Positions 17,600-27,137 of a stretch of 34,874 nucleotides of DNA are shown piece by piece. The translations under genes were made by a program, and so were the position numbers. Under the pieces are notes generated by a model. That model had not been told where the DNA came from. It did no database searches and saw nothing but the letters and a program-made list of their open reading frames with translations. Origin of the DNA: Candidatus Methanogaster sp. (lineage in GTDB: Archaea > Halobacteriota > Methanosarcinia > Methanosarcinales > Methanogasteraceae); the NCBI GenBank assembly GCA_013572355.1, contig QBUV01000093.1, forward strand, positions 1-34,874, written 5' to 3'. How positions within the stretch are numbered: position 1 is the first letter of the stretch; the number at the start of each line of letters is the position of its first letter.

Positions 17600-18448
17600 A
17601 TGACTCGACCCCCCGAACCCAGAGCCGCGTTTGCGCCGGCGCACATCACAGGATTCTTCGTGATCTGCCCGCATGAAAACCCCGTGATGGCAGGATCGCT
17701 CGGCTGCGGGATAACACTGGAAGCAGGCGTCACCACCCGCGTCGAGATCGGCGGTTCTGATGGTTCGCCATGCCTGACGGTCGGATCGGTCATCTCAAGA
17801 CTGACCCGGCGCCGGTGTTCGGTTCGCATCACATCTGACATCCCGATCGGCGCCGGGTTCGGAGCGAGCGGTGCAGGCGCGCTCGGCACTGCACGTGCAC
17901 TCAATCACGCACTATCGCTCGGTCTGACCGCAAGCCAGCTGACAGAGATTGCACACATCGCAGAGGTCGAGAACCGGACCGGACTCGGGGACGTCGTGGC
18001 GCAGTCGCTCGGGGGTGTGGTCATCAGGCGCACGCCCGGAGCTTCTGCGCGACTTGACCGGATATGCACGGATGCGAAGGATGTTTTCTGGGTCGTCTTT
18101 GATAAAATGTCAACAAAAGAGATATTAAACGATAAGAGTGCCGCAGATCGGATCAATCCTGCCGGGATTGCGTCGCTGCGTGAACTCTTGAAGCTGCCGA
18201 CGGTTGAGAACTTCATGATCCAGTCGAGGCGGTTCGCAGCCGGAACCGGGCTGATGAGCGATGCCGTATCCGATGCCGCGGACGCTGTCGAGGCGGCAGG
18301 CGGCATGGCATCACAGGCGATGCTTGGCGATTCCGTCTTTGCAGTCGATGTAACCGGTGGTGCGGGGTATGCGATCGAGTCGGCGCTCTCTGAGTTTGGA
18401 ACTGTTGGTAGGAGCAGAATCAATTTCAGAGGGGCAAGGCTGATCTGA
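17600..18448 (+). CDS. pok: Pantoate kinase (GHMP family)
   Basis: AFAPAHITGFF, GSLGCG, PIGAGFGASGAGAL, AHIAEV...TGLGDV, ASQAMLGDSVF. Confidence 0.88.
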   Translation: MTRPPEPRAAFAPAHITGFFVICPHENPVMAGSLGCGITLEAGVTTRVEIGGSDGSPCLTVGSVISRLTRRRCSVRITSDIPIGAGFGASGAGALGTARALNHALSLGLTASQLTEIAHIAEVENRTGLGDVVAQSLGGVVIRRTPGASARLDRICTDAKDVFWVVFDKMSTKEILNDKSAADRINPAGIASLRELLKLPTVENFMIQSRRFAAGTGLMSDAVSDAADAVEAAGGMASQAMLGDSVFAVDVTGGAGYAIESALSEFGTVGRSRINFRGARLI

Positions 18449-18490
18449 TCGGAGTATACGAAAAACCGCATCCCTGTTTTTAGAGTCTGA

Positions 18491-18742
18491 TCAGAACGCA
18501 AGCCCCAGATAGTGGAGCACGATTACGAGAAGCGCGCCGACTGTTCCACCGATAGCGCATATCGCGATCACAACCCAGGTGTAAGCGATCTTGAGATCGA
18601 GCGCAAAATTTGCCAGAACCAGTATGACAAGACCGATGACGGCGTTTATTACGATATGCTTGGCTGTTTTTAACACCTTGTATAAAATAACCACTGCGAT
18701 TATTGCCAGCACGAGAATTGATAATTCAAGGACCCCTGTCAT
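18491..18742 (-). CDS. BofA-family small membrane protein
   Basis: 83 aa, three hydrophobic segments, NAVIGLVIL...ICAIGGTVGALLVIVL pattern. Confidence 0.75.
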   Translation of the reverse strand: MTGVLELSILVLAIIAVVILYKVLKTAKHIVINAVIGLVILVLANFALDLKIAYTWVVIAICAIGGTVGALLVIVLHYLGLAF

Positions 18743-18775
18743 GTTTATCAGGTTTTATATTGGGCACGGCAGTAT

Positions 18776-19207
18776 TTAATCGTTACTGTCGCCAAGCGCT
18801 CCGGCAAATTCGTAAAGAATCTGTTCGAGGTCGTCCAGACTTGCGTATTCCATGACCCGCCCTTGCAGGTTCGGATTTCCAAGCACCATCGCAGAGACGT
18901 TCGCCCCGGCGCTGTGCACGCAAAGGACTGGCATCCCGAGTCCGAGCGCCCTGCAGACCTCGTAGCCGACGCCGGTTGACGGAACAGTGACCTCTGCAAC
19001 CATGCAGTCGCTCTCTTCGAGAAGTCCGAGGTCACGCAGGTATATCTCCTGCTCGCTCATATCTGCCTCTTCTTCATCCGAATCCAGGTCAACCACGTGC
19101 CAGCTCACGACATCGCACCCCACACTCTCCAGGAAATCGTATATATGCCTGTACACCGGTAGCATCTGCCGTCCGCCGCGTATCGATCCTGATAGAAATA
19201 TTCTCAT
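18776..19207 (-). CDS. Nucleoside 2-deoxyribosyltransferase / RCL(DNPH1)-like N-glycosidase
   Basis: Start ATG 19207 (ATGA overlap with the U32 stop). IFLSGSIRGGR, IYLRDL..LEESDCMVAEVTVPSTGVGYEV, SAMVLG. Confidence 0.85.
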   Translation of the reverse strand: MRIFLSGSIRGGRQMLPVYRHIYDFLESVGCDVVSWHVVDLDSDEEEADMSEQEIYLRDLGLLEESDCMVAEVTVPSTGVGYEVCRALGLGMPVLCVHSAGANVSAMVLGNPNLQGRVMEYASLDDLEQILYEFAGALGDSND

Positions 19208-21789
19208 AAAACGCCTCTCCTGTAGTGTCCTGTTGTGTATTTCCCTGTTATACCTTTGCACGTACTTTGGATCTTGCCATCCCGCGCAGAGCATCCATCG
19301 AGCGCATCCCGGTACAACCGCGTGATCTCCCCGGCACGGTCGGACTCAACCACCCTCGCCTCGATCCTGATGCTCGAAACGCCGGCTCTGACAATAGCAG
19401 GGATGTGCTCGAGCATGCACAGTTCACTTGAATTCAGAAGATGCATCCTGCAGTCCATATCCATCATTAGCGGAAATGCGTACCCTTTCTCATCCACCAG
19501 TTCAAACCCACCATCCTCACACGGCGCAGTGCACGAATCCACGCCACCAAGTATCCCGCCAACCACACAGTGCTCTGATTCCATGAGCGTGATCCGACCG
19601 TGCACGATGCACTCGACCGCACCGTACTTTGCGATCTTGCGAATCTCTGCAAGCGTAAGTTCAGGCGATAGCGTAACCCGCCCTGCACCATGTTCCGCCC
19701 AGAACCGAAGTGACATCCGGTTAAAGACATTAAGCGGACTGTCCACGATTCTATCAAGCCCGATCTCTTCCGCGAGCCTGAATACGCCGTGATTGGACAC
19801 CAGCACGCCATCTACGCCGAATCTCATGGCTTTGGACATGGCATCTGCCACACCGCGCATCTGCGAGTCACTGGCGATTCCAGGCGTGTTCAGGTAGATC
19901 CTGCGTCCGCTCTGGTGCACATACCGGATCACAGTCTCGAGGTCGAACGCTTCCGCCTCCACACACCCTCCCCGGTACCTCTCGCCGCCCAGATAGATCA
20001 CGTCTGCGCCGCCAGCGACTGCGCTTCTCACGCCGTCCATACTGCTCACACTGACCGCAAGCGATACGGCAGACGATGATCTTTTGGAGGTGTCCGCGAC
20101 CTGCGCCCGCGGCTCTGTGGTTTGTATGATCCCGGCGGCATCCGCGGAACGATCATGCCGATGCCGGGTACGGGCGCCGCGCCGCCATCCGGCTATCCGT
20201 GCATCAGTAAGCCGCGATACGGCATCACTCCGAACGCGGTTTAACTGGCTGACCGGGATAAATATGTCGCCCCCGCCCTCGGTCCGGAGATCGATATCGG
20301 ATTCGGATGCTTCGAAGACTGTGTTTCCAAGTTTTGCAAGCTGCCGTACGATCTCTTCCCTTGTCGTTGGTCTGCTGACTGCACGCTCGATTACGTACTC
20401 CGAGTGTACATGGGCCGCGTTGTTGTCATTGTCCTCGATCCGCAGTCCGAGCGGTGAGCCGACCGCGGCTTCTGCGGTGATGGTGACAGGAATCCTCCGC
20501 AAGGGGGCTGGTGATGTAAACGAGCTCCTGAGCGAATCCATAAGCGGCTTATCGAGCGTCTTATAGACTGTACTTCCGGCACGTACCTGCGCGTCCGGTG
20601 AAGTTAGAGGTATATCGACAACCGTGCCGCTGCCGGCGTGATCCACCTGCCTGCCGCCTGCATACATCTGGCGGACGATCGTGCCAGAGCCGCCGTCATC
20701 CGCACCCGCACCCTCGCCCCCTCCATCCCCTTCAGCTCCCACCCCTGCCGCACCTGTGACACCGATCCCGTCCCCTGTACGAAGCGTACCTGAGAGTCTT
20801 ATGCAGAGACGCGTCCGGTCGCATCCGATGACCGTCCCGACGGGGATTCCACGATTGTATGGACGCCTGCGGCTCATCAGTTCGCCGCGTGGGTTTCCTG
20901 TGAAATATCCTGCCGTAAAACCCCTGTTGAAGACCTGCGCAAGAGACCGGGACTCATCATCTGTTACGAAGTACCCGGACGGGTCTTTTACGTATCGATC
21001 GATCAAGCCGCGGTATATCCGGGTCACGCAAGCCACGTATTCAGGTCGCTTGAGACGCCCCTCGATCTTGAACGAATCGATCCCTGCCTCGATCAGTTCC
21101 GGAAGAATCCTGCTCGTGTTCAGGTCCCGCGGGCTTAAGAGGTACTCGCCGTCCGTCTCTACCCTACGCCCACCAGTCTGCAACCGGTACCGCTTCCGGC
21201 ACGGCTGGGCGCAGACGCCCCTATTCCCGCTCCGTCCGCCGATCATGCTGCTCATGAGGCACTGTCCCGAATACGAGATGCAGAGCGCACCGTGCACGAA
21301 TATCTCGATCTCGAGATCGGTATTCTGCTTCACCTGCTTGATCTCGTCAAGCGTCATCTCTCTTGCAAGCACGACTCTCGTAACGCCCATATCTTGCAGG
21401 AACCCCGCGCCCTCGCTGTTGTGCACAGTCATCTGGGTGCTTGCGTGGATCGGGAGATCAGGCGCAAGCGACTGCACCATCGAGAGCAGTCCAATGTCCT
21501 GAACGATCGCAGCGTCCGCGCCCGATTCGTCGAGATGACGCAAGAGGGCTGCCGCATCGGCAGTCTCGCTATCCTTTATGAGGGTGTTTACCGCAACGTA
21601 CGCCTTAACGCCCCGGAGATGCGCATAGTCGATCGCACTTGCGAGTTCGTCGGGTGCGAAGTTGGCGGCGGACGCTCTTGCGGAGAGCGTGGTTGCTCCG
21701 AGGTAGACGGCGTCGCAGCCGTTTTCTACGGCAGCGATGAGGGATTCGTTGTTGCCTGCCGGGGCGAGGAGTTCTGGTCGGGGGGTCAT
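19204..21789 (-). CDS. Peptidase U32 family Fe-S protein with DUF3656-like region (RlhA-like RNA hydroxylase architecture)
   Basis: PELLAPAG, HASTQ, EIFVHGALCISYSGQC...NRGVCAQPCR (E/C/C/C ligands), FKIEGR, QLAKLGNTVF, second degenerate U32 domain, YTTGHY.RGVL end. Confidence 0.88.
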   Translation of the reverse strand: MTPRPELLAPAGNNESLIAAVENGCDAVYLGATTLSARASAANFAPDELASAIDYAHLRGVKAYVAVNTLIKDSETADAAALLRHLDESGADAAIVQDIGLLSMVQSLAPDLPIHASTQMTVHNSEGAGFLQDMGVTRVVLAREMTLDEIKQVKQNTDLEIEIFVHGALCISYSGQCLMSSMIGGRSGNRGVCAQPCRKRYRLQTGGRRVETDGEYLLSPRDLNTSRILPELIEAGIDSFKIEGRLKRPEYVACVTRIYRGLIDRYVKDPSGYFVTDDESRSLAQVFNRGFTAGYFTGNPRGELMSRRRPYNRGIPVGTVIGCDRTRLCIRLSGTLRTGDGIGVTGAAGVGAEGDGGGEGAGADDGGSGTIVRQMYAGGRQVDHAGSGTVVDIPLTSPDAQVRAGSTVYKTLDKPLMDSLRSSFTSPAPLRRIPVTITAEAAVGSPLGLRIEDNDNNAAHVHSEYVIERAVSRPTTREEIVRQLAKLGNTVFEASESDIDLRTEGGGDIFIPVSQLNRVRSDAVSRLTDARIAGWRRGARTRHRHDRSADAAGIIQTTEPRAQVADTSKRSSSAVSLAVSVSSMDGVRSAVAGGADVIYLGGERYRGGCVEAEAFDLETVIRYVHQSGRRIYLNTPGIASDSQMRGVADAMSKAMRFGVDGVLVSNHGVFRLAEEIGLDRIVDSPLNVFNRMSLRFWAEHGAGRVTLSPELTLAEIRKIAKYGAVECIVHGRITLMESEHCVVGGILGGVDSCTAPCEDGGFELVDEKGYAFPLMMDMDCRMHLLNSSELCMLEHIPAIVRAGVSSIRIEARVVESDRAGEITRLYRDALDGCSARDGKIQSTCKGITGKYTTGHYRRGVL

Positions 21790-21894
21790 GTTGCTGGACT
21801 GTCTGTCGCCTGCTTCAGGCAGGGAAACAGTGCCTCGATGCTCTAATGTGTTTTTCGTGCGTGGAATTAACGATCGGTTGGTCGATTGTGGATT

Positions 21895-22242
21895 TCATAT
21901 CTCATCCTCTGGCGGAACGATCTTTTCAAGCTCATCGACCAAAGGAGGAAGGTCTTCGATCACGGTCTTCCACAGGATATCAAGATTGATGTCGAAATAA
22001 GCATGAACAAGGCGATTTCTCATACCAGTGATATTCGACCATGGGATTTGCGGCATATTCTCCTGACATCTATCTGTTACGTTAGCGGCTGCCTCTCCTA
22101 TGATCTCAATGTCTTTGACAAGAGCAAGCACCAGTTTTCGATCGGCGTCAAGGTCGCTTCTGGTTTTGTTCTCTGCAAAGAACAGAGATTCTCTGGCGGC
22201 ATCCAGCATGTGGCGCAGGCGTACCGGATCATCCCTCTGCAT
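21895..22242 (-). CDS. HEPN (DUF86/HepT-like) ribonuclease toxin
   Basis: EIIGEAA and [15 protein letters not shown] (R-x4-H-x-Y). Confidence 0.92.
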   Translation of the reverse strand: MQRDDPVRLRHMLDAARESLFFAENKTRSDLDADRKLVLALVKDIEIIGEAAANVTDRCQENMPQIPWSNITGMRNRLVHAYFDINLDILWKTVIEDLPPLVDELEKIVPPEDEI

Positions 22243-22534
22243 ATTGCACCTCCGCCGAGTTAAGCACCTTCTGCCTGAAATAGCGGCTCAGATCTTCTGC
22301 TGTTCGCAGGTCTGCTTTGCGCCCCAAGATTCCAGTCAGTTCGATCTCCATGCCAGCCAGCCGGATGAGTCCTGGTATGTGATCCGGGTCGAATTCGACG
22401 AGCAGATCAATGTCACTATCCGGTCCGAAATCCCCGCGCAGAACGGAGCCGAAGAGTGACAACCTCTGAACGTGATTTCTCTTGCAGAATTCGGCGATCT
22501 CTTCTTTTGGTAGGTCGATCCGTGCTCTGGTCAT
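22229..22534 (-). CDS. Minimal nucleotidyltransferase (MntA-like antitoxin)
   Basis: [22 protein letters not shown] = GS-x10-DxD. Overlaps the HEPN start. Confidence 0.92.
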   Translation of the reverse strand: MTRARIDLPKEEIAEFCKRNHVQRLSLFGSVLRGDFGPDSDIDLLVEFDPDHIPGLIRLAGMEIELTGILGRKADLRTAEDLSRYFRQKVLNSAEVQYAEG

Positions 22535-22543
22535 TGTTTCACC

Positions 22544-22888
22544 TTATGATGTATACAGCACCTTCCCCTTGTCTATGATCCGCCTGATGAACGGATCTCC
22601 AATCCCCTTCCTATGTTCTATTTCATCGGGCGTGCGTACAATAATATCCATGGGCAGGAATCTGGGTCTCGCAATCCTGGATATCTCGGCTGCTTTGCGG
22701 ATGGGCGAGCCGTCCACATCCATTACGACCATGATATCCAGATCGCTCTCTTTTGTTGGCTCCCCCCATGCCCTTGAGCCAAAGAGGATCACCTTGTCCG
22801 GATGGAAGTGTTTCACGATCTTTGAGACCATCTCTGAAATAAGTGCGTCTGTGACGTCAGGAATGATTGGGCGAGCTGCATCGGTCAC
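22544..22888 (-). CDS. Second minimal nucleotidyltransferase (different subfamily)
   Basis: PDKVILFGSRAWGEPTKESDLDIMVV = GS-x10-DxD; DIIVRTPDE...GKVLY. GTG start overlaps the upstream TGA. Confidence 0.88.
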   Translation of the reverse strand: MTDAARPIIPDVTDALISEMVSKIVKHFHPDKVILFGSRAWGEPTKESDLDIMVVMDVDGSPIRKAAEISRIARPRFLPMDIIVRTPDEIEHRKGIGDPFIRRIIDKGKVLYTS

Positions 22889-23091
22889 TCGCCCACCTCC
22901 GCGGTCTGGCTGCGGTGCAGATCGAACTGGGGCGATGGGTCGATGTGCGGGTCGTAGGCGTACGTCTTCTTCCCCGCGTCCCGGTCGGTCTCCGGGGTTA
23001 CCAGACCGACCGGGGGGTTGTTGGTGCGGCTGGCTTCTCTGTGGTCGTACTGCTCGATCGGTTTCTTTTCAGGTTTGCGGTGTTTCGGCAT
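22885..23091 (-). pseudogene. N-terminal fragment resembling type III Mod-like adenine DNA methyltransferases
   Basis: KKPIEQYDH...RTNNPPVGLVTPETD...KTYAYDPHIDP resembles, from recall, the N-terminus of a family of site-specific DNA methyltransferases. Stops at 68 aa with no DPPY/FxGxG motifs. Confidence 0.65.
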
Positions 23092-23313
23092 CCGGATCGT
23101 CCCCCACGCTGTGGTCGTTTATTATGTCTTTATGTGGTGTGATCGCATATAACGGTTCCAGCGCATCAGAAGCCGCGCAGTGTAACTAATGCCTCGCCGT
23201 CGCCAGAACAGAAGACGATACCCCTTTACACGGCACATTGAACTGCCCTCATCAGAAGCGAAGGTCGGGCACATCCAAAACCTTTTTCTCAAACAGGCCC
23301 CCCATCCATAATC

Positions 23314-24480
23314 ATGGAAGACCATATCGAGTACTCAAGAAACACGTTGATGGACTTCATCAAATTAAAGCCGAAGGACATCGAGATCTGTGATGTGACA
23401 CTGCGGGACGGCGAGCAGGCAGCCGGGATCGCTTTTACTGAGCAGGAGAAGATCGATATAGCATGGAAACTGGATGATGTTGGCGTTGAGATCATCGAGG
23501 CAGGATTTCCGGTTGTATCAAAGGAAGAACTCGAGACCATACGTAAAATTACAAAGCTCGGACTCAATGCAAGGATCTGCTGCCTTGCACGCGCAAAGAC
23601 ATCAGACGTCGATGCCGCGCTGGATGCGAATGTCGATATCGTGAGCATCTTTATTGCAACGTCCGACATCCAGCTGCGCTACAAGCATCACATGACGATC
23701 GATGAGGCAACCGACTGCGCAATCGATGTCGTGGACTATGCGAAGGATCACGGGCTTGCGGTCAGGTTCGCTGCCGAGGATGCGACCCGCACAGATATGG
23801 ATGTGCTGAAACGAGTCTACCGGATCGCCGAGGCGCACAACGCGGATTATCTGAGCATCGCAGACACGGTAGGGATTCTTGATCCGAGTACCACGTATTT
23901 CATGATAAAAGAGATCAAAAAGACAACAAAGACCCCGCTCTGCATCCACTGCCACAACGACCTCGGAATGGCGACTGCAAACACGATCGTTGCTGCGGAA
24001 ACAGGGGCAACGCAGCTTCATGCCACTGTAAACGGAATCGGCGAGCGGGTCGGGAACACACCGCTTGAGGAGTTGCTCGTCGGGCTTCTGATCCAGTACG
24101 GAATCGATAAATACGATCTATCGCATCTCCTGTCGCTCTCGAAGATGGTGGAAGCGTATTCAGGGGTCAGGGTTGCAAAGACCAAGCCAATAGTCGGCGA
24201 GAATGCATTCTGCCACGAATCCGGGATCCACATCGCTGCGATGCTTGAGAATACCAGCACCTACGAGGTATTTTCCCCTGAACTTGTGGGCGGTGGCAGG
24301 AACTACATCCTTGGCAAGCACACAGGCAAGAAGGCGCTTAAGTTCGTTACCGAGCGGCTCGGCTACGATCTCGATCAGGAGCACCTCTGCGCTCTTCTCG
24401 ATAAGATCAAGGTCTGCAGCGAGGCGAAGCATGGGGTCTCATGCGACCGGCTCGCAAAGATGATCGATGAGATGGAGTGA
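23314..24480 (+). CDS. Homocitrate synthase family (AksA-like, DRE-TIM)
   Basis: [42 protein letters not shown]. 388 aa, lacks the LeuA/CimA regulatory domain. Confidence 0.85.
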   Translation: MEDHIEYSRNTLMDFIKLKPKDIEICDVTLRDGEQAAGIAFTEQEKIDIAWKLDDVGVEIIEAGFPVVSKEELETIRKITKLGLNARICCLARAKTSDVDAALDANVDIVSIFIATSDIQLRYKHHMTIDEATDCAIDVVDYAKDHGLAVRFAAEDATRTDMDVLKRVYRIAEAHNADYLSIADTVGILDPSTTYFMIKEIKKTTKTPLCIHCHNDLGMATANTIVAAETGATQLHATVNGIGERVGNTPLEELLVGLLIQYGIDKYDLSHLLSLSKMVEAYSGVRVAKTKPIVGENAFCHESGIHIAAMLENTSTYEVFSPELVGGGRNYILGKHTGKKALKFVTERLGYDLDQEHLCALLDKIKVCSEAKHGVSCDRLAKMIDEME

Positions 24481-24496
24481 ACAGCGGGATGGTGGA

Positions 24497-25675
24497 ATGA
24501 CTCGCACGAAGTACATAATCCTCCTCGGCGACGGGATGGCAGATGTCCCGCTCCCTGAACTTGGCGGAAAGACGCCTCTCGAGTACGCAAACATCCCGAA
24601 TATGGATTACATCGCAAAGCACGGCAGGTGCGGACTTGCGAAGACGGTTCCCAACGGGATGCCTGCCGGAAGCGATATCGCGAACATGTCGGTTCTCGGA
24701 TACGCTCCAGAGAAGTACTACACAGGGAGGGGTCCGCTTGAGGCTGCGAGTATGGGAGTAACGCTCGCACAGGGCGAAATTGCGTTCAGATGCAACTTGA
24801 TAACAGTAGCGGACGGCGCAATCGCGGACTACAGCGCAGGACACATCACAAGCGAGGAGGCGGCAGAGTTGATCGCTTCGATCGATGAGGTGCTCTCATC
24901 GGATCGCGTCCGCTTCCACGCCGGGATCAGTTACCGTCACCTGATGGTAACAGACGGCATCGGCGCATCCGCGGTCTGCACGCCTCCGCATGACGTGCTC
25001 GGCGAGCCGATGGAAACGTATATGCCGGAGGGCGAGGACTGCGAGGCGGTCTCTGATCTGATCCGCAGGTCGGCGGCGGTGCTCGAGGGTCACCGGGTTA
25101 ACGTTGAGCGTATACGCGCCGGGAAGAATCCAGCGACGCATATCTGGCTCTGGGGGCAGGGAGGAGCGCCAAGTTTTCCCTCATTCGAGGAGATGTTCGG
25201 AATCACGGGTTCGATGATCTCGGCTGTCGATCTCTTAAAGGGGCTTGCCATCTACGCGGGGATGGATGTGATCGAGGTTCCGGGAGCGACAGGATACCTC
25301 GACACGAATTATGCCGGGAAAGCGGATTACGCTGTAAAAGCACTGGAGGACCACGATTTCGTGTACGTGCATGTCGAGGCGCCGGATGAGGCAGGGCACG
25401 AAGGCGACGTCGGAGCGAAGGTGCAGGCGATCGAGGATTTTGACGAGAAGGTTGTGGGACGGGTTCTTGACCGGTGTTCGGACTCGGTGATCATGGTGCT
25501 GCCGGATCACCCGACGCCGATACCGCTCCGGACGCATACCGCGGATCCTGTGCCGTTTGCGATTCAGGGGCACGGGGCTGACTCGGTATCACAGTTTGAC
25601 GAGAGGTCCGCGGCGGAAGGGTCGTACGGGCTTAGGGTCGGGAGCGATCTTGTGAGGATGATGATTGAGGGGTGA
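24497..25675 (+). CDS. apgM: Cofactor-independent phosphoglycerate mutase (archaeal type)
   Basis: Start ATG 24497 after [57 protein letters not shown]. Confidence 0.93.
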   Translation: MTRTKYIILLGDGMADVPLPELGGKTPLEYANIPNMDYIAKHGRCGLAKTVPNGMPAGSDIANMSVLGYAPEKYYTGRGPLEAASMGVTLAQGEIAFRCNLITVADGAIADYSAGHITSEEAAELIASIDEVLSSDRVRFHAGISYRHLMVTDGIGASAVCTPPHDVLGEPMETYMPEGEDCEAVSDLIRRSAAVLEGHRVNVERIRAGKNPATHIWLWGQGGAPSFPSFEEMFGITGSMISAVDLLKGLAIYAGMDVIEVPGATGYLDTNYAGKADYAVKALEDHDFVYVHVEAPDEAGHEGDVGAKVQAIEDFDEKVVGRVLDRCSDSVIMVLPDHPTPIPLRTHTADPVPFAIQGHGADSVSQFDERSAAEGSYGLRVGSDLVRMMIEG

Positions 25676-25854
25676 GGACGTGTTTCTGCAGTATCTCCGA
25701 ATCCAAGAGAATTCACAAGCACATCGAGAACACGCAGGCTGAAAACCCCCTCCATTCCGGGAAGATTGGTATATAAAGTCAAAGGTTTCGGGACTGTACA
25801 CGAAGCCGCAAATACCGAAAAACTTAATAACAATATGAGACCGTTTACATTTGT

Positions 25855-26289
25855 ATGGGACAAACTGGAGCAGTTGTGGTATTATTTGTTCTTCTGCTCG
25901 CTGCTTCCGGGTGCATCTCCGATGGGAAAACTGTGATAAAGGCAAAGGTGCTCGTCGCAGAGAATGATGATGGAGATCCGGAGATCGTGAGCATCGATGT
26001 TTCCACCGAAACCGTAAGCGCACTACGGAAATATCAGGACGCTCCGATGAATACCCCGGGCGTTTATATGAAATGCATCCACAACCCGCAAGCTATGGGA
26101 TATTTTATCGGTTACTGGAGGTCTGTTGGTTACACAGGTCCCGGTGAATACGAGTTGATGTCCGAACTGAAGAAGCTGCCTGATGATGGCGACCGTATCG
26201 ATGTGATCATCACCATCGAGGATATGGATGAAACCGGACGTCAGGTAAAGCTTGCAAAAGCAACAAAACAATTCAGATGGGGCGATTAG
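25855..26289 (+). CDS. Hypothetical lipoprotein
   Basis: Hydrophobic leader ending LAASGC. 144 aa, no family recognised. Confidence 0.75.
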   Translation: MGQTGAVVVLFVLLLAASGCISDGKTVIKAKVLVAENDDGDPEIVSIDVSTETVSALRKYQDAPMNTPGVYMKCIHNPQAMGYFIGYWRSVGYTGPGEYELMSELKKLPDDGDRIDVIITIEDMDETGRQVKLAKATKQFRWGD

Positions 26290-26420
26290 GAGCTAAATAA
26301 TCTCCGATACCCTCTTCAAGCGAATATTCCGGATTGTAGCCAGAAGCGTCCTTCATCTTTGCTATCTCAGCAAGCGCAGGACTTACACAGTTCTTTATGG
26401 GATTTTCGATTCTGTACTTT
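26273..26420 (-). pseudogene. C-terminal remnant of an NAD-dependent epimerase/dehydratase
   Basis: IENPIKNCVSPALAEIAKMKDASGYNPEYSLEEGIGDYL matches the extended-SDR tail (AD.SK....LGY.P.YSLEEG). No Rossmann N-terminus is present. Confidence 0.6.
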
Positions 26421-26465
26421 TTTTGGGCACAACCAATAACCCTTTCGCCGCCACAATACCGAGTC

Positions 26466-27122
26466 ATGCTCCAGCGCATCTACGAACGCATATACGAGCA
26501 CCGACTGCGCTCCCGGATCAGCAAGCACGAACTACCAGTCGGGCTCACGCTTGCGCTTACAGAGAGCGATCTCCTTGCACCGGGTGGGGCTAAACAACTG
26601 CGATCTTTTGTCTCGTGGTGCGCAGATCTCGGCATCGGATCGCTCATCGTATACATCGCTGTGATCGCGGATGGACCCCTGCGAGAGGATGTGGCTTCGC
26701 AGATCATCGACAGACTTGCGAGGACCGATCTGATCGCAAGGATATACACAAAAGACGATCAGGGGTTAAGGACGATTCCGATCGGAAAGGGGCGTCCGGA
26801 GGTGAAACTCGATATCTCGATCGGGTATGGCGGGAAACTCGAACTCACCGATGCGATAAGGACCATTCTAAGGAGCGTGGAGCGTGGAGAGATCGATTAT
26901 GAGGATATCAATTCGGATATGATCGAATCCAACCTACTCTTCAGGCACAATCCTGACCTGGTCATCCGTGCAGGTGGAAAGCACCTGACCGATTTTTTGA
27001 TATGGCAGACGATATATTCCGAATTGTATTTCACAGATGTGAATTTCGCTGATATGAGGCGGCTGGACTTCTTAAGGATCATGCGGGACTACCAGAAGCG
27101 CCAGCGGAGATACGGGCGATAG
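26466..27122 (+). CDS. UppS-family cis-prenyltransferase-like subunit lacking the catalytic DGNRR motif
   Basis: Start at ATG 26466. ISIGYGGK.E, PDLVIRAGG..LTDFLIWQ..YSELYF, C-terminal RRYGR. Confidence 0.85.
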   Translation: MLQRIYERIYEHRLRSRISKHELPVGLTLALTESDLLAPGGAKQLRSFVSWCADLGIGSLIVYIAVIADGPLREDVASQIIDRLARTDLIARIYTKDDQGLRTIPIGKGRPEVKLDISIGYGGKLELTDAIRTILRSVERGEIDYEDINSDMIESNLLFRHNPDLVIRAGGKHLTDFLIWQTIYSELYFTDVNFADMRRLDFLRIMRDYQKRQRRYGR

Positions 27123-27137
27123 GGTGGGAATGATCGA

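Noticed and set aside
23164..23259. 10-bp direct repeat CATCAGAAGC
   Set aside because: Too short, and nothing element-like lies between the copies; compatible with chance.
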